Assembly (NCBI GenBank): GCA_963744905.1
Contig: CAVUUV010000010.1
Location: 31,916-95,915, forward strand
DNA: 64,000 nucleotides
Reading direction: 5' to 3'
Origin: an uncultured Acidimicrobiia bacterium
Lineage (GTDB): Bacteria; Actinomycetota; Acidimicrobiia; Spongiisociales; ZC4RG35
The notes under the pieces were generated by a model that searched no databases, was not told where the DNA came from, and saw only the letters and a list, made by a program, of their open reading frames with translations. Positions 1-10,397 of the stretch are shown here, piece after piece. The first letter of the stretch is position 1; each line of letters opens with the position of its first letter. The translations under genes were made by a program, and so were the position numbers.

Positions 1-462
1 TCAACTCGACTCTCCCGCCGCCAGATCCTCGAAGGCCCGAATAATGGCCCCGTAACCGGTGCAGCGACAGATGTTGCCCGCCAGAGCCTCCTTGATCTCC
101 AAACGGCTCGGTCCCGGATTACGCGAAAAGAGATCGGCGGCCGCCAAAACGATGCCGGGAGTGCAGAACCCGCACTGAACGGCGCCACTGCGAATCATCG
201 CCTCCTGCACCGGGTGGAGGTTTTCGGAACCGAGGCCCTCCACCGTGGTCACCTCAGACCCCTCCACGTCGGCCCCGAGCACCAGACAGGCACAGACCAG
301 GTCGCCGTCGAGGATCACCGAGCACGAGCCACATTCGCCCTGCTCACAGGCGTTCTTCGAACCGAACAGCTCCAGCTCATCCCGCAACAGATCGAGCAGG
401 CTCAGCGCCTGGTCCACCACGACGGTGGTGTCGGCCCCGTTGAGGCGGAAGGTCACCGTCAT
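1..462 (-). CDS. (2Fe-2S)-binding small subunit of a xanthine dehydrogenase/CoxS-family molybdoenzyme
   Basis: Motifs CEQGECGSC, QCGFC and GNICRCTGY; start MTVTFRLNG at 462 overlaps the stop of the FAD subunit (ATGA). Confidence 0.9.
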   Translation of the reverse strand: MTVTFRLNGADTTVVVDQALSLLDLLRDELELFGSKNACEQGECGSCSVILDGDLVCACLVLGADVEGSEVTTVEGLGSENLHPVQEAMIRSGAVQCGFCTPGIVLAAADLFSRNPGPSRLEIKEALAGNICRCTGYGAIIRAFEDLAAGESS

Positions 463-1265
463 GACGGCCCGGCGGCGAGGCATCGCTCCAGGAGGCGCCG
501 GGCCAGAACCCCGGATGCGTGACGCCGATAGGCCTCCGTGGAGCGGTGGTCGGTGATGGGGCGCACCTCCCCGGCCACGAGGCGGCCGAACTCGGCCAGG
601 GCGGCCGAAGACGGGGACCGTTCGGCGCTGATCATGGCCTCGGCCCGGCGGGCCCGCATCGGGGTGGGCGCGACCGAACCCAGCGCCACTGTTGTGGTGC
701 CATCGGAGTCCCTCGTAACCACGCAGCAAACGGTGGATATGACCATGGCGTTGCGGATCCCCACCTTGGCGAACTCCTGGCGCTCCGGCAGGCGCTCGGG
801 CAGGACGACCGCCGCGATCAGTTCGTCGGGTTGGCGATCGGTGCTCTTCACGCCGGTGAAGAACCGGTCCCAGGGGACCAGACGGGTTCCTCTGGCGGAG
901 ACCAGTTCGATCGAAGCGTCGGTGGCCGCCAGAAATGGAAGGCCGTCGCCGGCCGGGCTGGCCGTGGCGACGTTGCCGCCCAGGGTGCCGGCATTTCGTA
1001 TCTGCGGGGACCCCACGGTTCGAGCCGCCTGTGCCAGTGCCCGAGGGGCGTGACGTTCGAGACGCCGCCAGGTAACACCGGCACCGATGCGGTGCCCTTC
1101 CCATTGGCGCAGCTCGCCCACCCGGCGCAAAGCGAGGATCTGATCGGGAAAGGTGTGCCCGTAGTTGATTTCCACCATCAGGTCGGTCCCCCCGGCCAGG
1201 GGAGTGACGCCCCCCGACATCAGTTCGACTGCCTCGAGAAGGCTCCCCGGGTAGTGCGTATCCAT
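459..1265 (-). CDS. FAD-binding subunit of a xanthine dehydrogenase/CoxM-family enzyme
   Basis: AGGTDL, QIRNAGTLGGN and DHRSTEAYR motifs. Confidence 0.9.
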   Translation of the reverse strand: MDTHYPGSLLEAVELMSGGVTPLAGGTDLMVEINYGHTFPDQILALRRVGELRQWEGHRIGAGVTWRRLERHAPRALAQAARTVGSPQIRNAGTLGGNVATASPAGDGLPFLAATDASIELVSARGTRLVPWDRFFTGVKSTDRQPDELIAAVVLPERLPERQEFAKVGIRNAMVISTVCCVVTRDSDGTTTVALGSVAPTPMRARRAEAMISAERSPSSAALAEFGRLVAGEVRPITDHRSTEAYRRHASGVLARRLLERCLAAGPS

Positions 1266-1288
1266 CCGTGCAGAATCTAACCCGCCCC

Positions 1289-2647
1289 TCAGGCGAAGAG
1301 GGAGGCTGCCAGGCGGTTGTGCCGTCGTATCAGATCCTCTTCGTCCAGCCCGACGAGCCTGCCGTCGCGGACCACCGGTCGACCCCCCACCCAGGAGTGC
1401 GCCACCCGCGTCGGTGAGCAGAACACCAGGGCCGCCACAGGATCATGGCGGGCGCCGGCGTAAGCGATCCGGTCCAGGTCGAAGGCAACCACGTCGGCTG
1501 CCTTGCCGGGCACCAGCCGGCCGACGTCATCTCGTCCGAGAACGCGTGCGCCCCCCACCGTGGCCATCTCCAGCGCGGTCCGGGCCGGCATCTGCTCTCC
1601 CGTCCCGATACCGGGAGCCACCGCCAGCCGCGCCAGGAGCATCGCCTGGCGGGCCTCGGCCAGGAGATCGGAGGAGTCATTGGAGGCGGATCCGTCCACC
1701 CCCAGCCCCACCCTCACCCCTGCCTCCAGATACGAGGTGATCGGAGCGACCCCGGAGGCGAGACGCATGTTGGAGCTGGGACAATGCGCCACCCCGGTTC
1801 CGGCCCGGGCCATCGAATCGACCTCCTCGCCCGACACATGCACGGCGTGGGCGTACCAGACGTCGGGACCCTCCCAACCCAGGTCGCGTACGTAGTCCAC
1901 CGGCCGCGTTCCGAAGTTGGCGCTGCAGAACTCCTCCTCATCGGCGGTCTCGGCCAGGTGGGTGTGTAGCCGGACCCCCAGTGCCCGCGCCAGCTCGGCG
2001 GAGCGGCGCATCAGCTCCGGTGTGACCGAGAACGGTGAACATGGGGCGAGCACCACCCGGGTCATCGCCCCAGGTTCCGGGTCGTGATAGGCGTCCACGG
2101 CCCTCTGGCAGTCGTCCAGCACATCACCCTCGTCCTCGACCAGCGAATCGGGTGGCAGTCCGCCCCCCGACTCGCCCAGGCTCATCGATCCCCGGGACGC
2201 GTGGAAGCGGATCCCCACCGCAGCCGCCCCTTCGATCTGGTCGTCGATACGAGAGCCGTTTGGCCACAGGTACTGATGATCGAAGGCGGTGGTGCAGCCG
2301 CTCAGCGCCAGCTCGACCAGGCCGGTGGTGGTGGCCACCCGGACGTGATCGGGGGTCAGCCCCGCCCACACCGGGTACAGGGTGGTGAGCCAATCGAACA
2401 GGCCTGCATCCTGGGCACCGGGCAGGGCACGGGTCAGGGTCTGGAACAGATGGTGATGGGTATTGACCAGACCGGGAATCACCACGTGTCCGTTCAGGTC
2501 GACCACCTCGTCGGCACCGGCCGGAAGGTCCCGGGTCGGGCCCACCTGTTCGATCCAGCCATCGCGGGCAAAGAGGGCCCCGTCGGAGATCTCGGCGCCA
2601 TCCATCGTCACCAGGACTTCGGCGTGTCGAAGCAGCAGGGTGCCCAT
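1289..2647 (-). CDS. 8-oxoguanine deaminase-like amidohydrolase
   Basis: PGLVNTHHHLFQTLTR, HTHLAE, HCPSSN and GVDGSASND motifs; start trimmed to MGTLLLRH. Confidence 0.85.
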   Translation of the reverse strand: MGTLLLRHAEVLVTMDGAEISDGALFARDGWIEQVGPTRDLPAGADEVVDLNGHVVIPGLVNTHHHLFQTLTRALPGAQDAGLFDWLTTLYPVWAGLTPDHVRVATTTGLVELALSGCTTAFDHQYLWPNGSRIDDQIEGAAAVGIRFHASRGSMSLGESGGGLPPDSLVEDEGDVLDDCQRAVDAYHDPEPGAMTRVVLAPCSPFSVTPELMRRSAELARALGVRLHTHLAETADEEEFCSANFGTRPVDYVRDLGWEGPDVWYAHAVHVSGEEVDSMARAGTGVAHCPSSNMRLASGVAPITSYLEAGVRVGLGVDGSASNDSSDLLAEARQAMLLARLAVAPGIGTGEQMPARTALEMATVGGARVLGRDDVGRLVPGKAADVVAFDLDRIAYAGARHDPVAALVFCSPTRVAHSWVGGRPVVRDGRLVGLDEEDLIRRHNRLAASLFA

Positions 2648-2683
2648 CACGGGTGACGCTAACCGGCCTCTCGCCTCGAGCCG

Positions 2684-2728
2684 ACTCTGTGAACCTTTTC
2701 GCCGCTGTTGGCGGCGAAAAGGTTCACA
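2684..2728. repeat. Palindromic REP-like element (copy A)
   Basis: Perfect 18-bp stem TGTGAACCTTTTCGCCGC/GCGGCGAAAAGGTTCACA; related copy at 34635-34680. Confidence 0.7.
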
Positions 2729-2876
2729 AAGGACCCCTACACAGCCCGGAGCGGGCCATCGGTTAGGATTTGGGGGATGCTGAGAGTGATGCCGTTGAAG
2801 AGCCGGAGGGGGTTGTTCGCCTCTCCGTAGGCCGCTCTCTTCCTCCCTGCCCATCCTTCAGCACAGAGGAGACCCC

Positions 2877-4154
2877 ATGAGCGACCATCTCACCCGTCAC
2901 TCCAAGTTCGTCGCCCCCGTCATCGCCTTCGACACCCCCGTCGTGGCCGATCGCGCCGAGGGCATCTGGATCACAGATACAGAAGGCAAGCGCTATGCCG
3001 ACTTCGCCTGCGGCACTGCCGTCGCCAATCTGGGTCACAATCACCCCGCCGTCGTGGCAGCAGCCCATGCCCAGCTCGACAAGCTGGTCCATTCGGGCTG
3101 CGTGGTTCACTACGACGCACTCGTCGAGGCCGCCGAAAGACTGGTGGCGGTCGCCCCGCCCGGAATCGAAAAGGTCGGCTACGCCAACTCGGGATCCGAG
3201 GCAGTGGAGGCTGCGGTCAAGCTGGCCCGCTACACGACGGGACGTCAGGGCGTGATCGCCTTCCGCGGTGCCTTCCACGGCCGCACCATGGGCTCGGTGT
3301 CCTACACCACCTCCAACGCCAAGTACCGGAGCGGTTACCACCCGGTCCTGGGCTCCACCTTCATCGCCCCCTTCCCCCATCCCTACCGCTGGGGCGTGTC
3401 GGAGGAGGCGGCGGTGGAGCGCTGCCTCGACGAGCTGCGCCTCCTGTTCAAGCACGTCGTCACCCCCGATCACATCGGGGCGATGCTGATCGAGCCGATG
3501 CAGGGCGAGGGGGGCTATTACCCGGCCCCGGCCCGGTTCCTGTCCGCCCTCCGCTCGATCTGTGACGAGCACGGCATCATGCTCGTCTTCGACGAGGTCC
3601 AGACCGGCTTTGGACGCACCGCCGAGTGGTTCGCCACCGACCACTACGACGTCAATCCGGATGTGATCGCCCTGGGCAAGGGGATCGCCAACGGCCTTCC
3701 CCTGTCCGCTTACGGGGCCTCCGCAGAGGTCATCGACGCCTGGCCCGTCGGGGCTCACGGCACGACCTTTGGGGGGAACCCGGTCAGCTGCGCCGCCTCG
3801 GTGGCCGTGATCGACGTGATGGGCGATCTCCTCCCCCATGCTCGTGAACTGTCAAAGCGCGCCTTCGAGCGGCTGGGTGACCTGGCCGAACGGCATCGCA
3901 CCATCGGCGACGTGCGCGGCCTGGGGCTGATGATCGGCGTGGAACTGGTCTCGGATCCAGAGACCCGCCACCAGTCTCCAGAGGCGTTCCGGGCCGTTCA
4001 GGAGTACTGCCTCGAGAGGGAGTTGATCATCATCGACTGCGGGCCCGACGGCAACGTCATCCGGTTCATTCCCGCCCTCGTCACCACCGAAGACGAGCTC
4101 GATTGGGCCATCGGACTGATCGACGAGGGCCTGACTGCGTGGGAATCCCGCTGA
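2877..4154 (+). CDS. Class III PLP aminotransferase (GabT-like)
   Basis: NSGSEA, FHGRT, DEVQTGFGRT, LGKG and HGTTFGGNP motifs; GAGGAG RBS. Confidence 0.9.
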   Translation: MSDHLTRHSKFVAPVIAFDTPVVADRAEGIWITDTEGKRYADFACGTAVANLGHNHPAVVAAAHAQLDKLVHSGCVVHYDALVEAAERLVAVAPPGIEKVGYANSGSEAVEAAVKLARYTTGRQGVIAFRGAFHGRTMGSVSYTTSNAKYRSGYHPVLGSTFIAPFPHPYRWGVSEEAAVERCLDELRLLFKHVVTPDHIGAMLIEPMQGEGGYYPAPARFLSALRSICDEHGIMLVFDEVQTGFGRTAEWFATDHYDVNPDVIALGKGIANGLPLSAYGASAEVIDAWPVGAHGTTFGGNPVSCAASVAVIDVMGDLLPHARELSKRAFERLGDLAERHRTIGDVRGLGLMIGVELVSDPETRHQSPEAFRAVQEYCLERELIIIDCGPDGNVIRFIPALVTTEDELDWAIGLIDEGLTAWESR

Positions 4155-4207
4155 GACCCATCGCCGGCCCTCTCCCCGGGAACCCACCCGGACGTGGACA
4201 CCGTCCA

Positions 4208-5029
4208 ATGGTCGTGACCCGTCATCTCGTAGTCGCCGTCGTGGTCGCCCTGTTGCTCTCCGCCTGCGGCGGTGGGTCGGGTTTGTCCGATACCGTCCCC
4301 CCCGACCCGGAAGTGGCGGTGCTGACCGTCACCTCCGAGGGGGGATTCTCGGCCCCCGACTCGCGGGTGTCGGCCATGCCCCGCTACGTAGTGGGTGCCG
4401 ACCACACCCTCTACTTCCAGGGACCCGTGCCGGAGATCTTCCCCGGTCCGCTGCTTCCCAATATCCAGGTCGTGAAGCTGAGCGATCAGACCTGGAAGGA
4501 CATCCTGGCCGTGGTGGCAGAGCTGGGGATGCCCGACTACGTGGAGAAGCTCGACGACGAGGGCGCCGACCAGGTCGCCGACGCCGGCACCGACGTCATC
4601 ATCTACCACGATGCCAATGGGGACCACCGCCTGGCCATCTACGCCCTGGGCATCACCAATGGATCCGCCTCCCCGGATCGGCTCCTGGCCACCGACCTGA
4701 TGCAGATCCTCGACGACGCCGCCTTCAACAGCAAGAGCCAACCCTTCTCGCCCGAGACTCTGCAGGTGGCGGCAGGCGACGCCGGGCTGGATGTGGGGCC
4801 GGGGATGGCCACGGTGCAACCCTGGCCGCTCGACGTGGCCTATGCCGACATGACCGGGTGGATTGCCGGGTGGCGGTGCGTCGAGGTGGGCGGCCCCAAG
4901 GTCCCTGATCTGATGGACACCTTCGGCAATGCCAACCAGGCCACGCTTTGGGACACGGGGTCGGAACAGGTAAACCTGCGAGTCGTTCCCTTGATGCCCG
5001 GCCGGCAAGCCTGCCCGGCCAATCCCTGA
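4208..5029 (+). CDS. Putative lipoprotein
   Basis: Hydrophobic signal with lipobox LSAC; start trimmed to MVVTRH. Confidence 0.7.
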   Translation: MVVTRHLVVAVVVALLLSACGGGSGLSDTVPPDPEVAVLTVTSEGGFSAPDSRVSAMPRYVVGADHTLYFQGPVPEIFPGPLLPNIQVVKLSDQTWKDILAVVAELGMPDYVEKLDDEGADQVADAGTDVIIYHDANGDHRLAIYALGITNGSASPDRLLATDLMQILDDAAFNSKSQPFSPETLQVAAGDAGLDVGPGMATVQPWPLDVAYADMTGWIAGWRCVEVGGPKVPDLMDTFGNANQATLWDTGSEQVNLRVVPLMPGRQACPANP

Positions 5030-5050
5030 TCTCCGTACCATTGCCCGCCG

Positions 5051-5533
5051 ATGAGCGCCGTCGGTGAGTTTGTGGTCGGTCTGCTGCTCCTGTTGGGGGT
5101 GGCGGGAACCGTGCTTCCCATTCTCCCCGGCCTCGCACTGGAGCTGGGGGCGGTGTTCGTTTGGGCCTTGGTCGAGGGCACACCCCTGGCCTGGGCGATT
5201 GCCGTGGCGGCACTGGCCATTGCGGCAGCCGGCACCGTGGTCAAGTACCTGGTGCCGGGCCGGCGCCTCAAGGCGGCCGGCATCCCTCGCGTGACCCTCT
5301 ACTTCGCCGGCGGTCTGGCCATCGTCGGCTTCTTCGTCGTCCCGGTGGTGGGGGCGCCGCTGGGATTCGTGCTCGGTGTCTATCTGGCCGAACGGCGACG
5401 GGTCGGGCCAGGCCAGGCCTGGCCGTCCACCACGCGGTCGCTCCAGGCAGTCGCCCTCTCGGTCGGCATCGAGTTGGCCGCCGGGCTGCTCGTGCTCGGC
5501 CTCTGGTTGGCTGCGGTCCTGTTCTGGACCTGA
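5051..5533 (+). CDS. DUF456-like membrane protein
   Basis: GTVLPILPG, GFFVVPVVGAPLGFVLGVYLAE pattern. Confidence 0.8.
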   Translation: MSAVGEFVVGLLLLLGVAGTVLPILPGLALELGAVFVWALVEGTPLAWAIAVAALAIAAAGTVVKYLVPGRRLKAAGIPRVTLYFAGGLAIVGFFVVPVVGAPLGFVLGVYLAERRRVGPGQAWPSTTRSLQAVALSVGIELAAGLLVLGLWLAAVLFWT

Positions 5534-7483
5534 TCAGTCCTCTGAGGCCTGGGCCGACTTCCGGGCGATCTCATCCACCACGTCCTGGTTGGCCAGGGTG
5601 GTGACGTCTCCCAGATGGCGATTTTCGGAGATGTCCTTGAGCAGACGCCGCATGATCTTTCCCGAGCGGGTCTTGGGGAGATCGTCGGTGAACACAATCG
5701 AGGCCGGCTTGGCGATGGGACCGATCGAGGACGCCACATGCTGGCGCAGCTCGTCGATCAACGACTGGTCGCCCACCACCGCGCTGCGCAGGGTGACGAA
5801 GGCGGCGATGGCCTGACCGGTGAGCTCGTCCTTGCGACCGATCACCGCTGCCTCCGCCACCGAGGAATGCGACACCAGCGCCGATTCGACCTCCATGGTG
5901 GAGATGTTGTGGCCCGAGATCAGCATGACGTCGTCGACTCTGCCCAGCAGCCAGAAGTAGCCGTCCTCGTCGCGTTTGGCCCCGTCACCGGGGAAGTAGT
6001 GGCCCTCGAAACGTGACCAGTAGGTGTCGACGAAGCGCTGATCGTCGCCCCAGATCGTGCGCGCCATCGACGGCCAGGGCTCGGTGATGACCAGGAAGCC
6101 GCCCCCTCCCAGCTCCACCGAATTGCCGTCGTCGTCGACCACATCGGCCGAGATCCCCGGCAGGGGCATGGTGGCCGACCCGGGCTTGGTGGCCGTGACA
6201 CCGGGCAGAGGAGAGATCATGATGGCGCCGGTCTCGGTCTGCCACCAGGTGTCCACTATCGGGCAGCGCTCCCCGCCGATGTTCTCCTGGTACCAGATCC
6301 AGGCCTCGGGGTTGATGGGCTCGCCCACCGTCCCCAGCACTCGCAGGCTGGAAAGATCGTGACCGGCCGGATACTCGTCGCCCCATTTCATGAAGGCGCG
6401 GATGGCAGTCGGAGCCGTGTAGAAGATGGTCACGCCGTAATCGTCGACGATCTGCCACAGACGATCCTTGTCCGGGTAGTTGGGCGCCCCCTCGTACATG
6501 ACGCCGGTGGTGCGGTTGGCCAGCGGGCCGTAGACGATGTAGCTGTGACCGGTCACCCAGCCGATGTCGGCCGCGCACCAGTAGACGTCGCTGTCGGGTT
6601 TGACGTCGAACACCTGAGAATGGGTGGTCATGATCTGGGTCAGGTAGCCGCCCTGGGTGTGAACGATGCCCTTCGGCCTTCCCGTGGTCCCCGACGTGTA
6701 GAGGATGTAGAGGGGATCCTCGGCGTTGAGGTGGACCGGCTCACAGGCGGCATCCTGACCCTCGACCAGGTCGTGCCACCACACGTCGCGACCCTCCTCC
6801 ATGTGGATGTCGTTTTCTGTCCGACGCAACACGATCACCGTCTCCACATCGGGGGTGCGGGCCAGGGCCACGTCGGTGTTGGCCTTGAGCGGAACCACGT
6901 TGCCGCCCCGCCAGGCCCCATCCTGGGTGATCACCACCCGGGCATCGGCGTCGAGGATTCGGCTGGCCAGGGCGTCGGAAGAGAACCCACCGAACACGAT
7001 GGAGTGGACGATCCCGAGTCGGGCGCAGGCCAGCATGGCGATGGGAAGCTCGGGGACCATGCCCATGTAGATGGCCACCCGGTCGCCCTTGTTGAGACCG
7101 AGCGACTTGAGGGCGTTGGCGAACCGGCCCACCTCGGCGTGCAGGTCGGAGTAGGTCAGGGTGCGGGTGTCGCCGGGCTCGCCCACCCAGTGGTAGGCGA
7201 CCTGGTCGCCATGGTCGTCCAAGTGTCGATCGAGGCAGTTGTAGGACAGGTTCAACTCGCCGTCGGTGAACCACTTGTAGAAGGGAGGATTGGAGTCGTC
7301 GAGCCCGACCGTCGGTTCCTTGAACCAGGTGATCCGGCTCAGGGCCTGCTTGGTCCAGTAAGCGACTGGATCCGCCGCCGCCTCGTCATGGATTCCGGGC
7401 TTGGCATTGGCCTGAGCCGTGAACTCCGGCGAGGGCGGGAAGCTGCGATCCTCGCTGAGCAGGTTCTCGATGGCCTGGGTCAT
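5534..7483 (-). CDS. acs: Acetyl-CoA synthetase
   Basis: [31 protein letters not shown] motifs; start trimmed to MTQAIENLL. Confidence 0.95.
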   Translation of the reverse strand: MTQAIENLLSEDRSFPPSPEFTAQANAKPGIHDEAAADPVAYWTKQALSRITWFKEPTVGLDDSNPPFYKWFTDGELNLSYNCLDRHLDDHGDQVAYHWVGEPGDTRTLTYSDLHAEVGRFANALKSLGLNKGDRVAIYMGMVPELPIAMLACARLGIVHSIVFGGFSSDALASRILDADARVVITQDGAWRGGNVVPLKANTDVALARTPDVETVIVLRRTENDIHMEEGRDVWWHDLVEGQDAACEPVHLNAEDPLYILYTSGTTGRPKGIVHTQGGYLTQIMTTHSQVFDVKPDSDVYWCAADIGWVTGHSYIVYGPLANRTTGVMYEGAPNYPDKDRLWQIVDDYGVTIFYTAPTAIRAFMKWGDEYPAGHDLSSLRVLGTVGEPINPEAWIWYQENIGGERCPIVDTWWQTETGAIMISPLPGVTATKPGSATMPLPGISADVVDDDGNSVELGGGGFLVITEPWPSMARTIWGDDQRFVDTYWSRFEGHYFPGDGAKRDEDGYFWLLGRVDDVMLISGHNISTMEVESALVSHSSVAEAAVIGRKDELTGQAIAAFVTLRSAVVGDQSLIDELRQHVASSIGPIAKPASIVFTDDLPKTRSGKIMRRLLKDISENRHLGDVTTLANQDVVDEIARKSAQASED

Positions 7484-7638
7484 AGGATTCCTTCCGACGC
7501 GAATTCCGTGTCGCCATCCTATGCACCTCCAGGAAACCGTGCCCTGCTCGACAGCGGCCGACCCGATCCCCCCTGCGTGATTGGACGAGATGGACGTTGG
7601 ACCGGCGTCGAGCGACCAGATCTGGCACACTCGAAACC

Positions 7639-8871
7639 ATGGGCCTGCCCGACTTCACGGCCGAAGCCACCTACCGGCTCACCCGGCTTCCCGTCGAGGC
7701 CGCCTCCACTCTCCTGCCCGAGGCCTACTACGAGCCGGGGTTCCACGAACTGGAGAGCCAACAGCTCTGGGCCACGAGCTGGGTGTGTGTGGGGGTGCTG
7801 GGGGAGATATCGGAGCCCGGTCGGGTGCTGGTCAGATCTGTGGCGGGCCGATCGGTGATCATCACCCGCAATCAGGAGGGGCGGGTCCGGGCATTCCTCA
7901 ATGTGTGCCGGCACCGGGGCACGCAACTGGTGGAAGAGGACTGCGAGATCGGCGCCCGTTTCCGCTGTCCCTACCACGCCTGGGCCTACGACCTGGACGG
8001 TACCTGCATCGGTACGCCGCTCTTCGAGGGCTCCGACATACCCGAAGACCAGCGGTCCATGTTCGACATGTCCGACGTCAAGGCCTTCGATCGCGCCGAC
8101 TACGGACTGTTCCCGGTTCGGGTCGAGACCTGGGGTTGTCTCCTGTTCGTGACCCTCTCCCGGGCCACTCCGGAGCTCGACGTCTGGCTTGGGGACCTCC
8201 CCCGGCGTCTGGGCGGCTACGACCTGGAAACGTGGCAGATCCAGGCCACCAAGGACTACGAGATCGGGGCCAACTGGAAACTGATCGCCGAGAACTTCAT
8301 GGAGTACTACCACCTGCCCTGGGTTCACCCCGAGCTGCTCAAGGTGTCCCGGGTCAAGGACCACTACCGCTACCAGGGCCCCGGCATGTACACGGGAATG
8401 ACCACCAACCCGGTCAGCCGGGATGAGAACTCGGTGTGGCTCGACCTGCCCCCCCATCCCGGCGTCGCCGGCGACGACCTGACCTCAGGCCGGTTCATGC
8501 TGATCTTCCCCAACCTGGCGCTCTCACTGCTCCCCAACCATGCCTTCGTCATGGTCCTCGCTCCGAACGGACCTGGAGAAAGCCGGGAGAGCACATTCCT
8601 GCTCACTCATCCCGACACCGTACAGGGAGAGGAGAGCCGGGGAGCCCTCGAAAACCTGCATGCGTTCTGGGACGACGTGAACCGGGAGGACATTGACATC
8701 GTCGAGCGGGTTCAACGGGGGATCTCCACGCCCGAGTACCGGGGCGGACGCATGTGCTATCGGTTCGAGGAGCCGCTGCACCGGTTCCAGAACATGGTCA
8801 TCGATCGCATGGTCGGCATCGATCGGATACCGGAAGGCGATTCGTTCGACGACATCCCCGTCTTCGGATGA
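7639..8871 (+). CDS. Rieske non-heme oxygenase alpha subunit (choline monooxygenase/betaine demethylase-like)
   Basis: CRHRG...CPYHAW Rieske motif; [13 protein letters not shown] and EDIDIVE Fe ligands. Confidence 0.85.
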   Translation: MGLPDFTAEATYRLTRLPVEAASTLLPEAYYEPGFHELESQQLWATSWVCVGVLGEISEPGRVLVRSVAGRSVIITRNQEGRVRAFLNVCRHRGTQLVEEDCEIGARFRCPYHAWAYDLDGTCIGTPLFEGSDIPEDQRSMFDMSDVKAFDRADYGLFPVRVETWGCLLFVTLSRATPELDVWLGDLPRRLGGYDLETWQIQATKDYEIGANWKLIAENFMEYYHLPWVHPELLKVSRVKDHYRYQGPGMYTGMTTNPVSRDENSVWLDLPPHPGVAGDDLTSGRFMLIFPNLALSLLPNHAFVMVLAPNGPGESRESTFLLTHPDTVQGEESRGALENLHAFWDDVNREDIDIVERVQRGISTPEYRGGRMCYRFEEPLHRFQNMVIDRMVGIDRIPEGDSFDDIPVFG

Positions 8872-9223
8872 GCGGAGTCCCAACCGTGGGGTGCGTGGGC
8901 GGACAGGTGTGCGACCGGTTGAGGGGAACCGCGGCGCGAAGTCGTCAACTGCGACGGCGACGGCCGCCAAAGAACCACCCTGCTCGACGAAAACCGTAGA
9001 GAGCCTGGCCGGCGACCGCACCCGCTCCTAAACCGGTTCCGTTTGGTCGAGCACGCTGGTGGGTAGCAAGTTCCAACACGATGCCGGCCGCTCGAGGTCC
9101 GGACGAGCCTGGAACCACGAGAGGTCTAGCAATGCACGAATCCCAGTTCTCCCTCCGGGGGCCCCTACTCGAGCGCCCCCGCCCTCACCACGTCAGCCAG
9201 GGCGCCGCGGTGGAACCCGGCCG

Positions 9224-10363
9224 ATGAGTAGCGAGCGCAAACTCGTCGACGAATCTGCGCCGGAGGAACCCACCGACGACGCTGGCTGGCGGAACTTCTC
9301 ACGCTGGCTGGCTGTGGGGGCGGCCTTTGCCACGGCTGCGGTCGGGCTCTGGGTTCTCTTCACCATTCGAGAGGTCCTGCTCGTGGTTCTGGCCGCGATG
9401 ATGTTCGCCATCGGCCTCGATCCCCTGCTGCGATGGTTCGAGTCGAAGGGCTGGAGTCGCAGCATGGGAATGGGCACCGCCGTGCTGGCGGGGGTATTGC
9501 TTCTGACCGCCGGCGCGGTCGCCTCCGGACCGTGGGTCGGCCAACAGATCTCGGAGTTGGGGCGAAACCTCCCGAGCCTGCTGGACGACCTCCAACAGAG
9601 CCTCCCCGGATGGATCACCCCGGCCAACAACGGCCTGGTCGACGCGGGAACGACCGTTTCAAACACCCTGACATCGATGGGCCCCACCATCGGATCAGCT
9701 TTCTCTCTCGTGGCCAAGCTGCTGATCGTTCTCGTGCTGGGGCCCTACCTGGCGGTCGCCCTGCCCAGTATCGTTCGGGGAGTCGCGAGGATCCTGGGAC
9801 GGGACCAGCGCGAAGACTTCATCCGCTCGCTTCGCGCCTCCACCACCCTGGTGGGTCACTACATAGTCGGAAATCTGGTGGTGAGCCTGCTGGCAGGTGC
9901 CGTGGCATTCGTGGCGTTCAGCGCCGTCGGAGTTCCGTACGCTCTTCCCCTGGCACTGTGGATAGCACTCGTCGACGCGGTGCCTGCCGTGGGTGCCACT
10001 CTCGGCGCGATTCCCGCCTTGCTGATATCGGCCACGGCCGGCCTCGGAACGGTGATCAGCGTGGCGGTGATCATCGTGGTCTACCAGCAGGTGGAGAACC
10101 ACCTGGTCATCCCGACCGTGATGAAACGGGCCGTCTCGCTCGGGCCCGCCACCGTGCTGATCGCCATCCTGGTGGGAGGGGCGCTGGCCGGCGTCATGGG
10201 AGTGATCCTCTCGGTCCCCCTCACCGCCATGCTCAAGGTGACCTTCTTCGACCGTCTCCTCCATGAGAGGATCATGCAGGTTCGCAACGCCGATGCCAAC
10301 GGTGGCGGGAAGAAGCGATGGTGGCACCCGGGAGATAGACCCGGGACCCGGGCTCTTCCCTGA
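9224..10363 (+). CDS. AI-2E family transporter
   Basis: Multiple TM helices; YQQVENHLVIP and GVILSVP motifs. Confidence 0.85.
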   Translation: MSSERKLVDESAPEEPTDDAGWRNFSRWLAVGAAFATAAVGLWVLFTIREVLLVVLAAMMFAIGLDPLLRWFESKGWSRSMGMGTAVLAGVLLLTAGAVASGPWVGQQISELGRNLPSLLDDLQQSLPGWITPANNGLVDAGTTVSNTLTSMGPTIGSAFSLVAKLLIVLVLGPYLAVALPSIVRGVARILGRDQREDFIRSLRASTTLVGHYIVGNLVVSLLAGAVAFVAFSAVGVPYALPLALWIALVDAVPAVGATLGAIPALLISATAGLGTVISVAVIIVVYQQVENHLVIPTVMKRAVSLGPATVLIAILVGGALAGVMGVILSVPLTAMLKVTFFDRLLHERIMQVRNADANGGGKKRWWHPGDRPGTRALP

Positions 10364-10397
10364 GTATCGCCACATCGGGCGTCGACCAGGCTTACGT

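Noticed and set aside
1-1265. Molybdoenzyme missing its large subunit
   Set aside because: The operon runs off the left edge of the window, so absence cannot be claimed
2765-2870. TPP riboswitch-like GCTGAGA upstream of the aminotransferase
   Set aside because: Lacks the ACCCG, ACCTGA and AGGGA core; pairing exists but no family can be supported
6359-7858. Long antisense ORFs (also 41954-43075, 54168-55448, 58654-59685 and others)
   Set aside because: Typical high-GC shadows of genes with clear motifs on another frame or strand
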